From positions 32,001 through 96,000 of the IMG/VR virus record IMGVR_UViG_3300013121_000013: DNA of 64,000 nucleotides; one strand, given 5' to 3'. Shown piece by piece: positions 37,998 to 48,019 of the stretch. The position numbers and the translations under genes were made by a program. The notes below the pieces were generated by a model. That model was not told the origin of the DNA. It did no database searches and saw nothing but the letters and a program-made list of their open reading frames with translations. The first letter of the stretch is position 1. Each line of letters starts with the position of its first letter. This DNA is from a virus. Taxonomy: Duplodnaviria > Caudoviricetes.

Positions 37998-40160
37998 TTG
38001 GATTATGTCATTACATCAAAGAGAGCCTGGGCTGTAGTTACGGTCCCTTTATCTCTTATTAGTAGAATAGGCGCGGCAATAAGCGGTATTGGAGTGCTAA
38101 ATCCAATAGGTGGTATAGGTGTAGCGTCTTCTCAAACTCCTGTAGATATAACTCTAGATATTGGCAGATACAGTATAGATTGGGAGTTGAATGCTATACC
38201 CAATGCTAATTTGACAATTGCTGTTGGAAGACTAGCCAGTGACGTTAGACAAGTATCTGCAATTCATAGAATTGTCCATCAACTAAAAGAAATGGTTCCG
38301 ATCTCTATTTACATAGAGGATAGCACTTCTAATTTTGCTCCAGCATCAGAAATTGATGCTGTATATCAAGACAAGGCTATAAGAATATTTAGGGGAGTTG
38401 TTGTGTCTACTGGATTCAGGAGACACGATAACAATCTAGAATTTATTATAAGTGCGGCACATTGGCTAAGGGATCTTACGTTCTCGTCCGCATTGTCTAG
38501 ATCTAGTCATCCGTCTAATCCAAATCAGACATCTTTTAATGCAGCTTTTCCAGACCTAGCTGTAAGCGGCGGAATAGATATCGCGCCTCACGCTACAGCT
38601 GACACAATGCCAGCTAACTTCTTTTCCGTTGATGTGGTCCGTAAAGACTTCTGGGGGTCAGGAGAGACTCCTGTGGACAACACAGGAGGATTTAAACTTG
38701 GCGGAATGAAAGAATTTTTAAAGCAGCTTTCTTCCGTAGATAGAATGTATACAACACCTACAGCCAGACAAATTTTCGGACAACCCAACGACGTTAATAA
38801 TGAAAAAAATTGGGAAGCTCTAAGGGCTTTACAACATTTTGAACCAAATGCTAGATATAGATTGCCTGGAGAGGATAAAGAAACTTTAGAGTCAGGGTAT
38901 GTTGATGGTGTTCCACTATCTATGGACCTAGACGGAGTAGACGGAATAACAGCTATACACGTTGCGTCAGCTATAGGTATGACAATGGGCCGTGAAACAT
39001 TTAGTTCTATAGCTTCTCAGACGTTGTGGGACAAACTTGTAGGACAGTACGCTCCATTATTTTTATTCGCTATAGTTCCTATGGTTGAAAAAGCTTTAAT
39101 TGTACCCTTTACACCTGGGCTAAAATGGAACGGCGGAAAGAAGGGTGCTAGGTTAATAACTACTCAAGACTACTCAGGCTTTGAATTCGTATCACAAAAT
39201 ATATCTCCTTTGAAAGGGGTGTTTTTACTGACAAGCATGGCAGTAACTACAGGATATGATGTTGGTAGAGAGGATTCTCCTTCTTATACTCTGTTTGGCC
39301 CTAAGTATGTCAGTCAACAAGCAGAAAATAGTGGCGGTCTTGTTATGTTTAAATCTGCTCCTAGGTGGTTGACAGATTTAAGTATTCCATTCTTATATCC
39401 TTCAATGTCACCTCCGTTCAGCACTGCGCACGATTCCGTTACGGATAACATTAACGCAAGTTTGGAGTCTGACTTATCAGCTATATTCCTGTCAAACGGC
39501 ATAGACGATCCCAATAAAACAACTTTAATAAATGCTGTAAAGGTTATGGTCGAGGACGGAGAAAGAGATGCTGCTAAAATAATGCTGGAACTTGTACCTT
39601 TGATGAACAGTCTTAATATTACTGTCTCAACGGGATTAGCGTTATCGCTGCAAATTATGATTGGCGCGGCTGTTCAGTCGTATGCGACTAATATTGCTGA
39701 TGTTTACTCTAAGGTTTCTGGGCTGTGGGATAGGTATGCACAGGCTCTGTATGTACAAGAAAAGACTAAAGGTAGACAGGCAACCTTGACGGGAAGATTT
39801 AGACTAGACATAGCTCCAGGAACTTTAGTTAAAATTGAAACAAATAGCCCTGATCTAAATATAGCTCCTCCAGTCTGCCCAGGCTCTTTGTGCGTAGACG
39901 ACAAAGAAAGATATCTATATGGAACAGTTCTAAGAATTAGTATTTGGGGCGATGCTCAAGCTAATAAAACTGGAACGTCATTTCAGATAGGCTTTATTCA
40001 TGATGAGTATGAAGAGCAATCTTCAGACACGACAGTAGATAGGCACCCAGTTTGGGCTACAGCTTGGTATGGAGCTCCTTTGGTAGTAGATAAAGATCCT
40101 GCTACAGATAAATTCAGGCACTGGAATACACCTGTTTTAGCTCCGAATATAGTAAATTGA
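37998..40160 (+). CDS. Putative baseplate hub (gp27/gpD-like)
   Basis: IFRGVV..GF near the N-terminus; C-terminal GR.ATLTGRFRLDIAPGTLVKI..YLYG.V..I. Confidence 0.6.
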   Translation: MDYVITSKRAWAVVTVPLSLISRIGAAISGIGVLNPIGGIGVASSQTPVDITLDIGRYSIDWELNAIPNANLTIAVGRLASDVRQVSAIHRIVHQLKEMVPISIYIEDSTSNFAPASEIDAVYQDKAIRIFRGVVVSTGFRRHDNNLEFIISAAHWLRDLTFSSALSRSSHPSNPNQTSFNAAFPDLAVSGGIDIAPHATADTMPANFFSVDVVRKDFWGSGETPVDNTGGFKLGGMKEFLKQLSSVDRMYTTPTARQIFGQPNDVNNEKNWEALRALQHFEPNARYRLPGEDKETLESGYVDGVPLSMDLDGVDGITAIHVASAIGMTMGRETFSSIASQTLWDKLVGQYAPLFLFAIVPMVEKALIVPFTPGLKWNGGKKGARLITTQDYSGFEFVSQNISPLKGVFLLTSMAVTTGYDVGREDSPSYTLFGPKYVSQQAENSGGLVMFKSAPRWLTDLSIPFLYPSMSPPFSTAHDSVTDNINASLESDLSAIFLSNGIDDPNKTTLINAVKVMVEDGERDAAKIMLELVPLMNSLNITVSTGLALSLQIMIGAAVQSYATNIADVYSKVSGLWDRYAQALYVQEKTKGRQATLTGRFRLDIAPGTLVKIETNSPDLNIAPPVCPGSLCVDDKERYLYGTVLRISIWGDAQANKTGTSFQIGFIHDEYEEQSSDTTVDRHPVWATAWYGAPLVVDKDPATDKFRHWNTPVLAPNIVN

Positions 40161-40174
40161 TAGACGTCTATCAA
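40157..40174. promoter_or_regulatory. 18-bp palindrome, copy 4 (TTGATAGACGTCTATCAA, perfect)
   Basis: Contains the TGA stop of the hub gene; 2 nt before the AGGAG RBS of the sigma gene. Confidence 0.8.
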
Positions 40175-40188
40175 ATAGGAGAATTAAA

Positions 40189-40998
40189 ATGCCGTATATG
40201 GACCCTTCTCAGTTTAAGCCAAAAAAACTGAAAAGTAACTTACAAGAAGAGGCCAGCCCTCTTGATGATTTATTGCTGGAGCCCTCTTATAGAAAACAAT
40301 ATGAAGCATGGAAAAATACTCCAAGCCCAGCTACGTCTGGCGCACTTTTAAGATCTGTAGATCCAGTTATTAAATCGGCTTTAACAACATATGGAGGGAC
40401 TTCTTCCAAAAGTCCTACTTTATACAGTAAAGCTAGATTAATGGCTTTACAATCTCTACCTTCATACGATCCAAAAAGAGCAAAATTACAGACATTCTTA
40501 ATGTCACAGCTACAAGGCCTGAGAAGGGCAGCTAGTAAAGAAGAGAGAGTACTGTCAGTCCCAGAACAGGTCCTTTTAGATAGACAGCACATATTTGATA
40601 CGTCGAAGTTTTTAGAAGAAGAACTAGGTAGAGAACCATCTACTATGGAGTTGGCGGATAGATTAAAACTTTCTCCAAAAAGAATCGAGTATATACAGAA
40701 ATACAGACCAGCTATGGCTGAAGGATCGTTTGTAGCACAAACTGAGGAGGGTGGCGCAGAGCCTTGGGCTCCTGCTGTCGAGTCTGATGGCTCTGCTTCT
40801 TGGCGTGAGTTCGTATATCATAGTTTAGATAATACTGATAAGCTTATAATGGAGTACACACTAGGAATGCACGGTAGAAGTCCATTAAGCAATCAAGAGC
40901 TAGCAAAGAAATTAAGGGTATCGCCTGGGGCGATAAGCCAAAGAAAAGCTAAAATACAGGATAAAATAGATTCTAGATATGATGTTGGAGTTATGTAA
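40189..40998 (+). CDS. Phage sigma-70 family factor (regions 2, 3 and 4; FliA/SigB-like size)
   Basis: Region 2 SYDPKRAKLQTFL..L.R; region 3 LEEELGREPSTMELADRLKLS; region 4 HTH LSNQELAKKLRVSPGAISQRKAKI. Confidence 0.88.
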   Translation: MPYMDPSQFKPKKLKSNLQEEASPLDDLLLEPSYRKQYEAWKNTPSPATSGALLRSVDPVIKSALTTYGGTSSKSPTLYSKARLMALQSLPSYDPKRAKLQTFLMSQLQGLRRAASKEERVLSVPEQVLLDRQHIFDTSKFLEEELGREPSTMELADRLKLSPKRIEYIQKYRPAMAEGSFVAQTEEGGAEPWAPAVESDGSASWREFVYHSLDNTDKLIMEYTLGMHGRSPLSNQELAKKLRVSPGAISQRKAKIQDKIDSRYDVGVM

Positions 40999-41558
40999 TG
41001 CCAACTGCGTACGTGAGTGGAGTAATAGAACCTTTTAAAGAACAGCTAGACGTATTTATAAATAATGCGTCTGCTGCTTTTCAATCTATAACTCAAACCG
41101 GACAAAGAAAATGGGATGTCCCATATACTCATTTAGGCTGGGATAAGAATGTATTAAACTATACAGGCGCTAACTCTATAGCCAGTGCTTTTGATAGAGC
41201 TCTCTTAAATAGCTCTTATTGGAATGCTCTGTCAAATGGCGCGAAGTTATCTAGCGATTATGGAAAAGTAGCAGAATGTAGATGTGCGAAATATCAGATA
41301 GACGCTTTAGGTTCTATGGAAAGAGCTTTTAGAGAAAGATCAAGGAGTTACGTTAGGGCTGCTTATGTAACAGCCTCCAGATATCAGGGTCATGCCAGCC
41401 AGCAGGGACCTATAGCAGACCTTGTTCAGGTGGTCAATCGAATGATAGCTCAATCTAGCGTAGATAATATTCCTGAACAAAGACCAAGAGTTAATACTAG
41501 ACAAAAGTTTTCTGACATCGATTCATCTAGCCCAGCATCAGTAGGAGCTTTTCAATGA
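40998..41558 (+). CDS. Hypothetical protein
   Basis: Coupled to the sigma gene by TAATG. Confidence 0.5.
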   Translation: MPTAYVSGVIEPFKEQLDVFINNASAAFQSITQTGQRKWDVPYTHLGWDKNVLNYTGANSIASAFDRALLNSSYWNALSNGAKLSSDYGKVAECRCAKYQIDALGSMERAFRERSRSYVRAAYVTASRYQGHASQQGPIADLVQVVNRMIAQSSVDNIPEQRPRVNTRQKFSDIDSSSPASVGAFQ

Positions 41559-41977
41559 TAGACATTGGGTTATATACTCCTAATAAAGAAGGTATTGGTA
41601 CTCAGTCTTTTGTTTCTACTGTAAGCGCAGGTAAAGAGGTGACTGGCGAGGAGCTTCTAGCACAAAGATTTTTAATGAAGTTTCTAAAATCACCAACGAG
41701 TAGCCCATATTTTAATGACGGCTGTGGGTTTTTAGATATTCTTCAGTCCAATGTTATAACTGAGTTTGATATATTTTCAGCATTTGCTACTTCTTTATCT
41801 GAAATACGATCGCTACTGAGAGCTGAAGAGGACGAAGATACTCCTGATAACGAAACGTTTATGGATGCCAGTATAATAGAGTTGTCTTTATATGCCGATA
41901 AACTACTTCTAGGAATTGGCATATTAAGTAAAGCTGGCACTGTTGTCGGAGTTAGACTGCCAGTGGAGGTGTCTTAA
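41555..41977 (+). CDS. Baseplate wedge gp25/gpW-like protein
   Basis: VTGEELLAQRFL..FL..PTS.P....G.G pattern; precedes baseplate J. Confidence 0.7.
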   Translation: MIDIGLYTPNKEGIGTQSFVSTVSAGKEVTGEELLAQRFLMKFLKSPTSSPYFNDGCGFLDILQSNVITEFDIFSAFATSLSEIRSLLRAEEDEDTPDNETFMDASIIELSLYADKLLLGIGILSKAGTVVGVRLPVEVS

Positions 41978-43657
41978 ATGTCTATTGAAATAACGGATCT
42001 AGATAGCTTGGACCAAGCTGATGTTCTAGACGCTCTTGAACGAGCTAGGTCATTTATAAGCGAACAGTACCCGGATCGTCAGATAAAAGGTGGACCTTTC
42101 GATGAATTAGTCCTTAGATCTGATGCAATTCTAGGTACAGTTCATAGAGAGAATTTTAACAGGTTGTTAAATTCTCAAAGCTTAAAAGCGATAGAGGACG
42201 ATCCGACACTTGTAGATGACGAAGTTCTAGATTCTCTAGCTTCTAATTATCGCATAGAAAGATCTGAAGGTCAGTTAGCGTCCGGTAGCGTAATGATAGT
42301 AGTATCTAATAACAACGACACTGTCATAGCAATAGGAACTAGATTTACCGCTCCTAACGGCAAGACTTTTGAAGTGACAAATCTATTTACTGGTAGGGGC
42401 AGCGCCAATAATGTAGTGACCAGTAACGATAGATTAATGATAGAGTTTGATGACTCTACTTACGGCTTCATAGTTGATGTTATAGCTACAGAAGTTGGAG
42501 CAGACGGTAATATAGAGATATTTACTACATTAACAAATGAGTCTCCAACTTCTAACTTTATTAGAGCCTATGCGAGCAATACGTTTACTGGAGGTCTTGA
42601 TGAAGAAAGCACTGCTAGTTTGTTGCCAAAGCTACAGGCTGGAATAGCGCACAGATCTCTAAGTAGTAGATCCTCTATTGAAGGTGTTATTAGATCAGAT
42701 GAGGATTATGCCAATATAGTTGCACTGTCAGTCGTTGGATATGGTGACCCCGAACAAATACGTTATCATGGGCTGTTTCCTATAGCTTTTGGAGGTAGAG
42801 TAGATGCTTACGTAAGGTCGTCAGAAAATTTAAATATAGTAGAGCTAACAAAAACTGCAACTCTCATTAATGCAAACGGAACGTGGCAGTTTACTATCTT
42901 CAGAGATGACGTGCCTGGGTTCTATGAGATAAGCAAGATTCTTTTACCAAGTCAATCAACAGACTCCACTGGATTCTCGGTATCTTCTGACATAAGGGGT
43001 GTCGATACAACTGAGGACCCACAATCAGATTCAACACCAGGAACTTCTTTTATACCAGATATAGAAACGGCTGAAGAAGCTGCGTACAGTAGGTATCAGA
43101 CAGCGGTTATAAAGTTTCTAGACGATGAAACATCAACTGCAGGATTAACTCCAGGAGTGTCAACTGCTAGCTATAAAGTTTATGTTAAAGCCATGCCTGG
43201 TATAGCTGAAATACAAGATCTAGTTTCTGATAGATCAGTTAGAAGTCCTGCTGGAGATTGCTTGGTCAAGGCTGCAGTTCCTTGCTTTACTAGCATAACT
43301 ATAGAGATTGAAAAAAAGAGTTCTGACCCTGATATAGATACAGATGTTATAAAGCAAGATATAATAAGAACAGTTAATTCCACCGGTTTTACAGGAAAAT
43401 TGTCTGCATCAAAAATTACGGCGGCTGTCGAGTCTTCAGTAAGGGCGCAATCAATAACAGATTTTTCTATAGCGTCTATATCATTAGTTGGTAGAATACT
43501 TCGGCCAGATATGACTACTAGAACAGTAACAAGTAGTACTATGCTTGAAATTGGAGATGAAGCTAGTAAGATGGTTACTGGTAGAACTACTGTTTTTATA
43601 ACTTCTACTGATATTATCACAATAACTGTGTCTTCTTCCGATTCTCCGGAAATTTAA
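41978..43657 (+). CDS. Baseplate J/gp6-like wedge protein
   Basis: LD.LA.NY.I.R..G..ASG.V, G..GNI, FTGG.DEES and GGRVD.YV motifs. Confidence 0.85.
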   Translation: MSIEITDLDSLDQADVLDALERARSFISEQYPDRQIKGGPFDELVLRSDAILGTVHRENFNRLLNSQSLKAIEDDPTLVDDEVLDSLASNYRIERSEGQLASGSVMIVVSNNNDTVIAIGTRFTAPNGKTFEVTNLFTGRGSANNVVTSNDRLMIEFDDSTYGFIVDVIATEVGADGNIEIFTTLTNESPTSNFIRAYASNTFTGGLDEESTASLLPKLQAGIAHRSLSSRSSIEGVIRSDEDYANIVALSVVGYGDPEQIRYHGLFPIAFGGRVDAYVRSSENLNIVELTKTATLINANGTWQFTIFRDDVPGFYEISKILLPSQSTDSTGFSVSSDIRGVDTTEDPQSDSTPGTSFIPDIETAEEAAYSRYQTAVIKFLDDETSTAGLTPGVSTASYKVYVKAMPGIAEIQDLVSDRSVRSPAGDCLVKAAVPCFTSITIEIEKKSSDPDIDTDVIKQDIIRTVNSTGFTGKLSASKITAAVESSVRAQSITDFSIASISLVGRILRPDMTTRTVTSSTMLEIGDEASKMVTGRTTVFITSTDIITITVSSSDSPEI

Positions 43658-43664
43658 TGGAGCT

Positions 43665-44402
43665 ATGATGTTGTCCAGATTTCCTAGATTTATTATATCG
43701 ATCATAATTTTAAGCACCATGCTTGTAGGTGCTACGCTAAAAGCAGAAGAAGGAACTAATTCTGTTCCTGGTCTAGTTCTACCTCCAAATAGCTCTGTTA
43801 GCTATAATAATGTAGCAGCTATAAGAATTAAAGCTAACACTACATCTAAAAATGTTAGATTCTTAGTTGTTGGTAGCGTACCCGATATTAAGTCTAAGCA
43901 AACAGATGCAAATACTATTGTTATAGATTTACCACAAAAAGACGCAACTATTTTTGTTTATGCAGTTGCTTGGTTGAATGGAGATTTCACTCCGTTTGCT
44001 AAAACTGTGGTGGTTGTAAAGGGAGACAGCACATCTGTTTCTTCTGACCCTGTTAATCCAACTACATCTACACCCTCGAAGGAATCTTTACCTGAGTTGG
44101 ATAAAAGTATAGCTATAACAATTGTTATGGATAAAGTTGATAATAAAAGTCAAGTTGTTAGTAATTATGTTAAGTCTAAAGAAGTACAAGATTGGCTAAC
44201 ATCTGGCAAGCACAAACTTATAATATATTATAACGACAATCCCGAACATTTAGCTTCTATTAAAAGACGTAAGCTTGAAGCGTTCTTAAAACCTACTGGG
44301 ATGGTTACACAAGAACTCTCAACCGGGACTTTACTTGATAGTAGGCCTGTCCCGGCAACTTTAGAAGACTTTATTAAAAATATAAATGAAATGTTTAAAT
44401 AA
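43665..44402 (+). CDS. Secreted hypothetical protein
   Basis: Signal peptide ending in LKA; Pro/Ser/Thr linker between two domains. Confidence 0.6.
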   Translation: MMLSRFPRFIISIIILSTMLVGATLKAEEGTNSVPGLVLPPNSSVSYNNVAAIRIKANTTSKNVRFLVVGSVPDIKSKQTDANTIVIDLPQKDATIFVYAVAWLNGDFTPFAKTVVVVKGDSTSVSSDPVNPTTSTPSKESLPELDKSIAITIVMDKVDNKSQVVSNYVKSKEVQDWLTSGKHKLIIYYNDNPEHLASIKRRKLEAFLKPTGMVTQELSTGTLLDSRPVPATLEDFIKNINEMFK

Positions 44403-44418
44403 GAACTAGGAGATATAA

Positions 44419-44823
44419 ATGTCAACTCATGTTTTATCGATGCTGACTGATGAGCAGAAGACAGTCGCAGAGCTAATGGTAGTAAATCATAATCTTAGCT
44501 GGGATTGGGTTTCTGATTTAGTAAATAAAGCATCGCCGGCAGTTTTGGATCTAGTTAGGCTAGCTCTAGACTTGGGTTTAAGTAAAGAATGGGTAGCTGA
44601 AGCTTTAGATAAACTCGGTCCTGTTATGTTGGAGTTTATCATTGTCGTGCTCAGAAAAAAGGAGCTAGATAATGTTCCAGCCTCAGCATCGAATATGTCA
44701 CATGTAGAGGATCTACAGCTAAACGATCTAGTTAAAAAGCTATTGCCAGCCCTGCTAGACGCCTTTGGCCCACAAATAGTGGATTTACTGACTACAGCCC
44801 TAATTAAAGCCCTGGCAAAGTAA
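44419..44823 (+). CDS. Leu-rich amphipathic hypothetical protein
   Basis: AGGAG RBS; repeated K.GP..L..I pattern. Confidence 0.55.
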   Translation: MSTHVLSMLTDEQKTVAELMVVNHNLSWDWVSDLVNKASPAVLDLVRLALDLGLSKEWVAEALDKLGPVMLEFIIVVLRKKELDNVPASASNMSHVEDLQLNDLVKKLLPALLDAFGPQIVDLLTTALIKALAK

Positions 44824-44835
44824 TAGTCCAATATT

Positions 44836-44871
44836 GAATACAAAGCCGTTTAATGAAACGGCTTTGTATTC
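44836..44871. terminator. Perfect 16-bp hairpin (terminator-like) upstream of the cytochrome cassette
   Basis: GAATACAAAGCCGTTT-AATG-AAACGGCTTTGTATTC. Confidence 0.75.
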
Positions 44872-44896
44872 TACTGATTTAATGAAAAGGACAGAG

Positions 44897-46675
44897 ATGA
44901 CACCTGGTAACAACTATAACAGATTGAATGTTGTTCTGACATTAATAGTGACTGTTGCTATTTTTGGTTTAACACTAAGAAATACTGAGAGTAAGGACTC
45001 ATATAAGGTGTTAATTCCTAGCTCCTTTAAGTTGCTAGAAGCAGAAGGTAAAGAATTTCTTATACCTAATCTAACTAGTTTAAAGGTTGTAAATCTTAAG
45101 GATCTGCCTATGTACAGTGGGCCCGGACAATCTAAGGACGGCCCAAATATTCCAGATCAAAAAAAAGAAGTACTACCATTTAGACACGTAGTACCAGCTA
45201 AAGCATTACTTAATCCTCAACACTCGACATTTCACGCTAATTTGGATTTACTAACTGTCCCTCTGGAAGACAGAAAATATTTAATGTATTTTTCCGCATA
45301 CAATTTTCCTAAGGAACACCGAAGAAGTATATGGGAAACACTGTCGTTTACAGTGAATTCGCTAAGTACAGAAAGAGCTATAAAAACTCCTGTAATAGTG
45401 GCTAACACGGATGACTCTCTCTTTAGAATAGATATTAGATGGTATGGATGGGATAGAAAAGTCGTAGAAGAGTTAATTACAAAGGGCAGTGGTCCAAAGC
45501 CATTACCAGAACCTTATTTCTATATGACGTTTGTTAAAGCGGAAGACGCTAAAGTAGAGAAAACTCCATATACAGAAAAAGAAACAGTTTTAGTTCAGAA
45601 TCAATTTGGGCAGCTTGTGCATCATACAAGAGAGGTTACAAAGTATAGAGAAGTTAAGACGGCTGGAAGTAAGAAGACTATACAAGCTATTGCTCCGTGG
45701 ATATCGCCTATATCAGCAAAGACTCTTTCAGAAAGCTTGCATACTACTACTCCTATAGTTAGAGCAGATTGGTTTATAGTGTACTCTATGTTTGCGCCAA
45801 TGTATTATAAGTTTCTCGGGGTTAAAGATAGAAAAGAAAAAGAACTTAAAGTCATAGCTATCTTCGATGAAAAGAATACGGATAAAGTAGAGTTAAGAGG
45901 TACGGCTGATACTAAAGTTGTAGCTTTAAATAATAGAATTCTTGTTAGAGTTCCAACTATAGCTTCTGTTAAAGGCGCCTACTGGTGGGAGTCCAACGAT
46001 TTTTCAAAAAGTGTAGATGAGGGCGATGTTCACAACAATTTGTTTGCAACACCAGAAGCTAAGGAAATTATATTTTCATTAAGAAATGGTTTGCAGGCTT
46101 ATGGATTATCGGATAAAGACGGAAATCTAGTAGATGTTGCACCTCCGCAGTTTGCCCAAGATACAGAGATTAAGAATCACGATAAGCAGGTATACAACGC
46201 TAGAAATTGTGTTACTTGTCATCAACAAGGTATACGAACCTTTAAAAATAAAGTAAAAGAATTAAGTCAAGGTACGGTCGCTCTTCTGGTGGCTAAAGAG
46301 AAGGATGCAAAGAAGGTAGAAGATAAATACTTCTCCTATGACATAGAAGATCTTATTAAAAGAGATCAGTTGCTATACTCAGAAGCAGTTGCATCTGTTA
46401 ACGGACTAACTGCTGCAGCAAATGCAACACAGTTTGATCTTCTTCAATATAACTATCTTGAAAACCAAATAACCCTATCAGCAATAGCCTATGAAACAGG
46501 GATTGAAAAGGAAAAGATACTAGACATGCTAAAAAAAGCCGTTAATATAGACCATACTTTAGTCGGGTTATTAAAAGAAGATCCCATCAGCATACGTAGA
46601 GAACAATTTGAACGAAGAGGGTTTCCTCAACTAGCTATGCTTATAATGCAGGCTAACTTGTACTCTGATAAGTAA
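44897..46675 (+). CDS. Membrane-anchored/secreted c-type cytochrome-like protein (one CxxCH)
   Basis: ATG 44897 follows AAGGA; N-terminal hydrophobic anchor; EIIFSLRNGLQAY...ARNCVTCHQQG with CxxCH at 46208-46222. Confidence 0.7.
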   Translation: MTPGNNYNRLNVVLTLIVTVAIFGLTLRNTESKDSYKVLIPSSFKLLEAEGKEFLIPNLTSLKVVNLKDLPMYSGPGQSKDGPNIPDQKKEVLPFRHVVPAKALLNPQHSTFHANLDLLTVPLEDRKYLMYFSAYNFPKEHRRSIWETLSFTVNSLSTERAIKTPVIVANTDDSLFRIDIRWYGWDRKVVEELITKGSGPKPLPEPYFYMTFVKAEDAKVEKTPYTEKETVLVQNQFGQLVHHTREVTKYREVKTAGSKKTIQAIAPWISPISAKTLSESLHTTTPIVRADWFIVYSMFAPMYYKFLGVKDRKEKELKVIAIFDEKNTDKVELRGTADTKVVALNNRILVRVPTIASVKGAYWWESNDFSKSVDEGDVHNNLFATPEAKEIIFSLRNGLQAYGLSDKDGNLVDVAPPQFAQDTEIKNHDKQVYNARNCVTCHQQGIRTFKNKVKELSQGTVALLVAKEKDAKKVEDKYFSYDIEDLIKRDQLLYSEAVASVNGLTAAANATQFDLLQYNYLENQITLSAIAYETGIEKEKILDMLKKAVNIDHTLVGLLKEDPISIRREQFERRGFPQLAMLIMQANLYSDK

Positions 46676-46685
46676 GGGGCTGAAG

Positions 46686-47372
46686 ATGTACATAAAGTTT
46701 ATGTGCTTGCTTTCTATAGTAGTTGTATCAACTTTGCTATATTTTCTACCTGCTTCTACAAAAGCTGGTTCTGTGACAACCCACGTAGTCCGGCACAATA
46801 GTCATGTAGTTCAGTATCCTATTCAACCGTTTTATCAATCAATAGTTGTACCTGCGTATTCATTTCAATATCTACCTGCTGTCAGTAGCTACACCTCTCC
46901 AGTAGTGCCACCCATATCTGCTCTTGTGCAGCAAGAGATGGCTAGAAGACAGCAGCTAAATTTAAACTCTAGTAATTTAAAAGAAGTAGTAGCAGAAGTA
47001 CTAAGACAGCTGGAGCAGCAAAAAGTAAAAATACCTAACGACGGAATGCCGGTTGTTTTTGATCCATCTACCGCTAGGAGTGAATCAAGAGCACAAGCTA
47101 AAGAAGCCGATAATAGCCAACTACCAGATATGACAGCGTACGCTCTGCAAGTACTTCAACATAGATGCGCAAGATGCCATACTGAGCCAGGAAGAGGAGA
47201 TGTCTTTCTGTTCACTAAACAAGGCGTTTATAGCCCAAACACTACAATAGCTTCTATATACGAAGAAATTCGCTCGCAAAGAATGCCTCCAGGTGCTAAA
47301 CTAGATCCTGACAAGAGATTACCAAAAGCCGAGCTTGACGTTATCGAAGCTTGGGCCTCACAAAGCAGATAA
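46686..47372 (+). CDS. Secreted monoheme cytochrome c domain protein
   Basis: Signal peptide; VLQHRCARCH (47166-47180)..RMPP..L...E..VI.AWA class I cytochrome c signature with a Met axial ligand. Confidence 0.8.
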   Translation: MYIKFMCLLSIVVVSTLLYFLPASTKAGSVTTHVVRHNSHVVQYPIQPFYQSIVVPAYSFQYLPAVSSYTSPVVPPISALVQQEMARRQQLNLNSSNLKEVVAEVLRQLEQQKVKIPNDGMPVVFDPSTARSESRAQAKEADNSQLPDMTAYALQVLQHRCARCHTEPGRGDVFLFTKQGVYSPNTTIASIYEEIRSQRMPPGAKLDPDKRLPKAELDVIEAWASQSR

Positions 47373-47396
47373 CAAATTTATTTCAAGGAGAATTAG

Positions 47397-47996
47397 ATGA
47401 AGAATCTTATCTTTACAGTTTTTGCGTCGTTTGTAGCTTTCACCGGAAATGTGTTTGCTGGCCATTGCGGTGTCAGCTCAGTAAGTTATAATCATGCCTA
47501 TAGCCAAGTTGTAACTCAGGCTGCATATACATATGTTGCTCCTATAGTCGTTCCTCTTGTGGCGTTACCAGTACAACCTGTTGTTTCTCAGGTACAGGCC
47601 ACTGTGCAGCAAGCTCCAGTAGTTGTTACAGCTCCAGTAGCTCCTGTATACTCTCAGCCAGTGGTAGGTTTTAATGTTTACTCTCTTCCTCAAACCTACA
47701 ATTATGGAGTTAGCCAGCTTGGAGTAGCTGCTAAACTAGTGAACACTGTAAAAGTAGTAGCGCCGCATGCTCCAGCCAAGGTTGTGTTGCAGCAGAAAGT
47801 TGTTAAGATTAAACAGCCAGTTGTTGTCAAGCAACAAAATGTGATTGTTAAGAGGCAGGAAGTTGTTGTCAAACAGCAAAATGTTGTTGTAAAAAGACAA
47901 AACGTGCAGAATCAAAGATTGGACGTAAAAGTCGTTAATAGATCTGCGTCCAGATTTTCTGCTAATAGAGTTTCAGTAAGAGTTAGATCTAGATAA
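47397..47996 (+). CDS. Secreted Val/Gln-rich low-complexity protein
   Basis: Signal peptide (VFA-GHC); VVVKQQN-type heptad repeats; AAGGAG RBS. Confidence 0.7.
   Translation: MKNLIFTVFASFVAFTGNVFAGHCGVSSVSYNHAYSQVVTQAAYTYVAPIVVPLVALPVQPVVSQVQATVQQAPVVVTAPVAPVYSQPVVGFNVYSLPQTYNYGVSQLGVAAKLVNTVKVVAPHAPAKVVLQQKVVKIKQPVVVKQQNVIVKRQEVVVKQQNVVVKRQNVQNQRLDVKVVNRSASRFSANRVSVRVRSR
47820..47903 (+). repeat. Four degenerate 21-bp units (V-V/I-V-K-Q/R-Q-N/E)
   Basis: GTTGTTGTCAAGCAACAAAAT-like units in tandem. Confidence 0.8.
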
Positions 47997-48019
47997 AATC
48001 TTCAAATTGAAGTGACATA

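Noticed and set aside
44834-44896. ORF-track start at 44834 for the large cytochrome-like gene
   Set aside because: It runs through a 16-bp hairpin. ATG 44897 has an RBS and places the hydrophobic anchor at the N-terminus.
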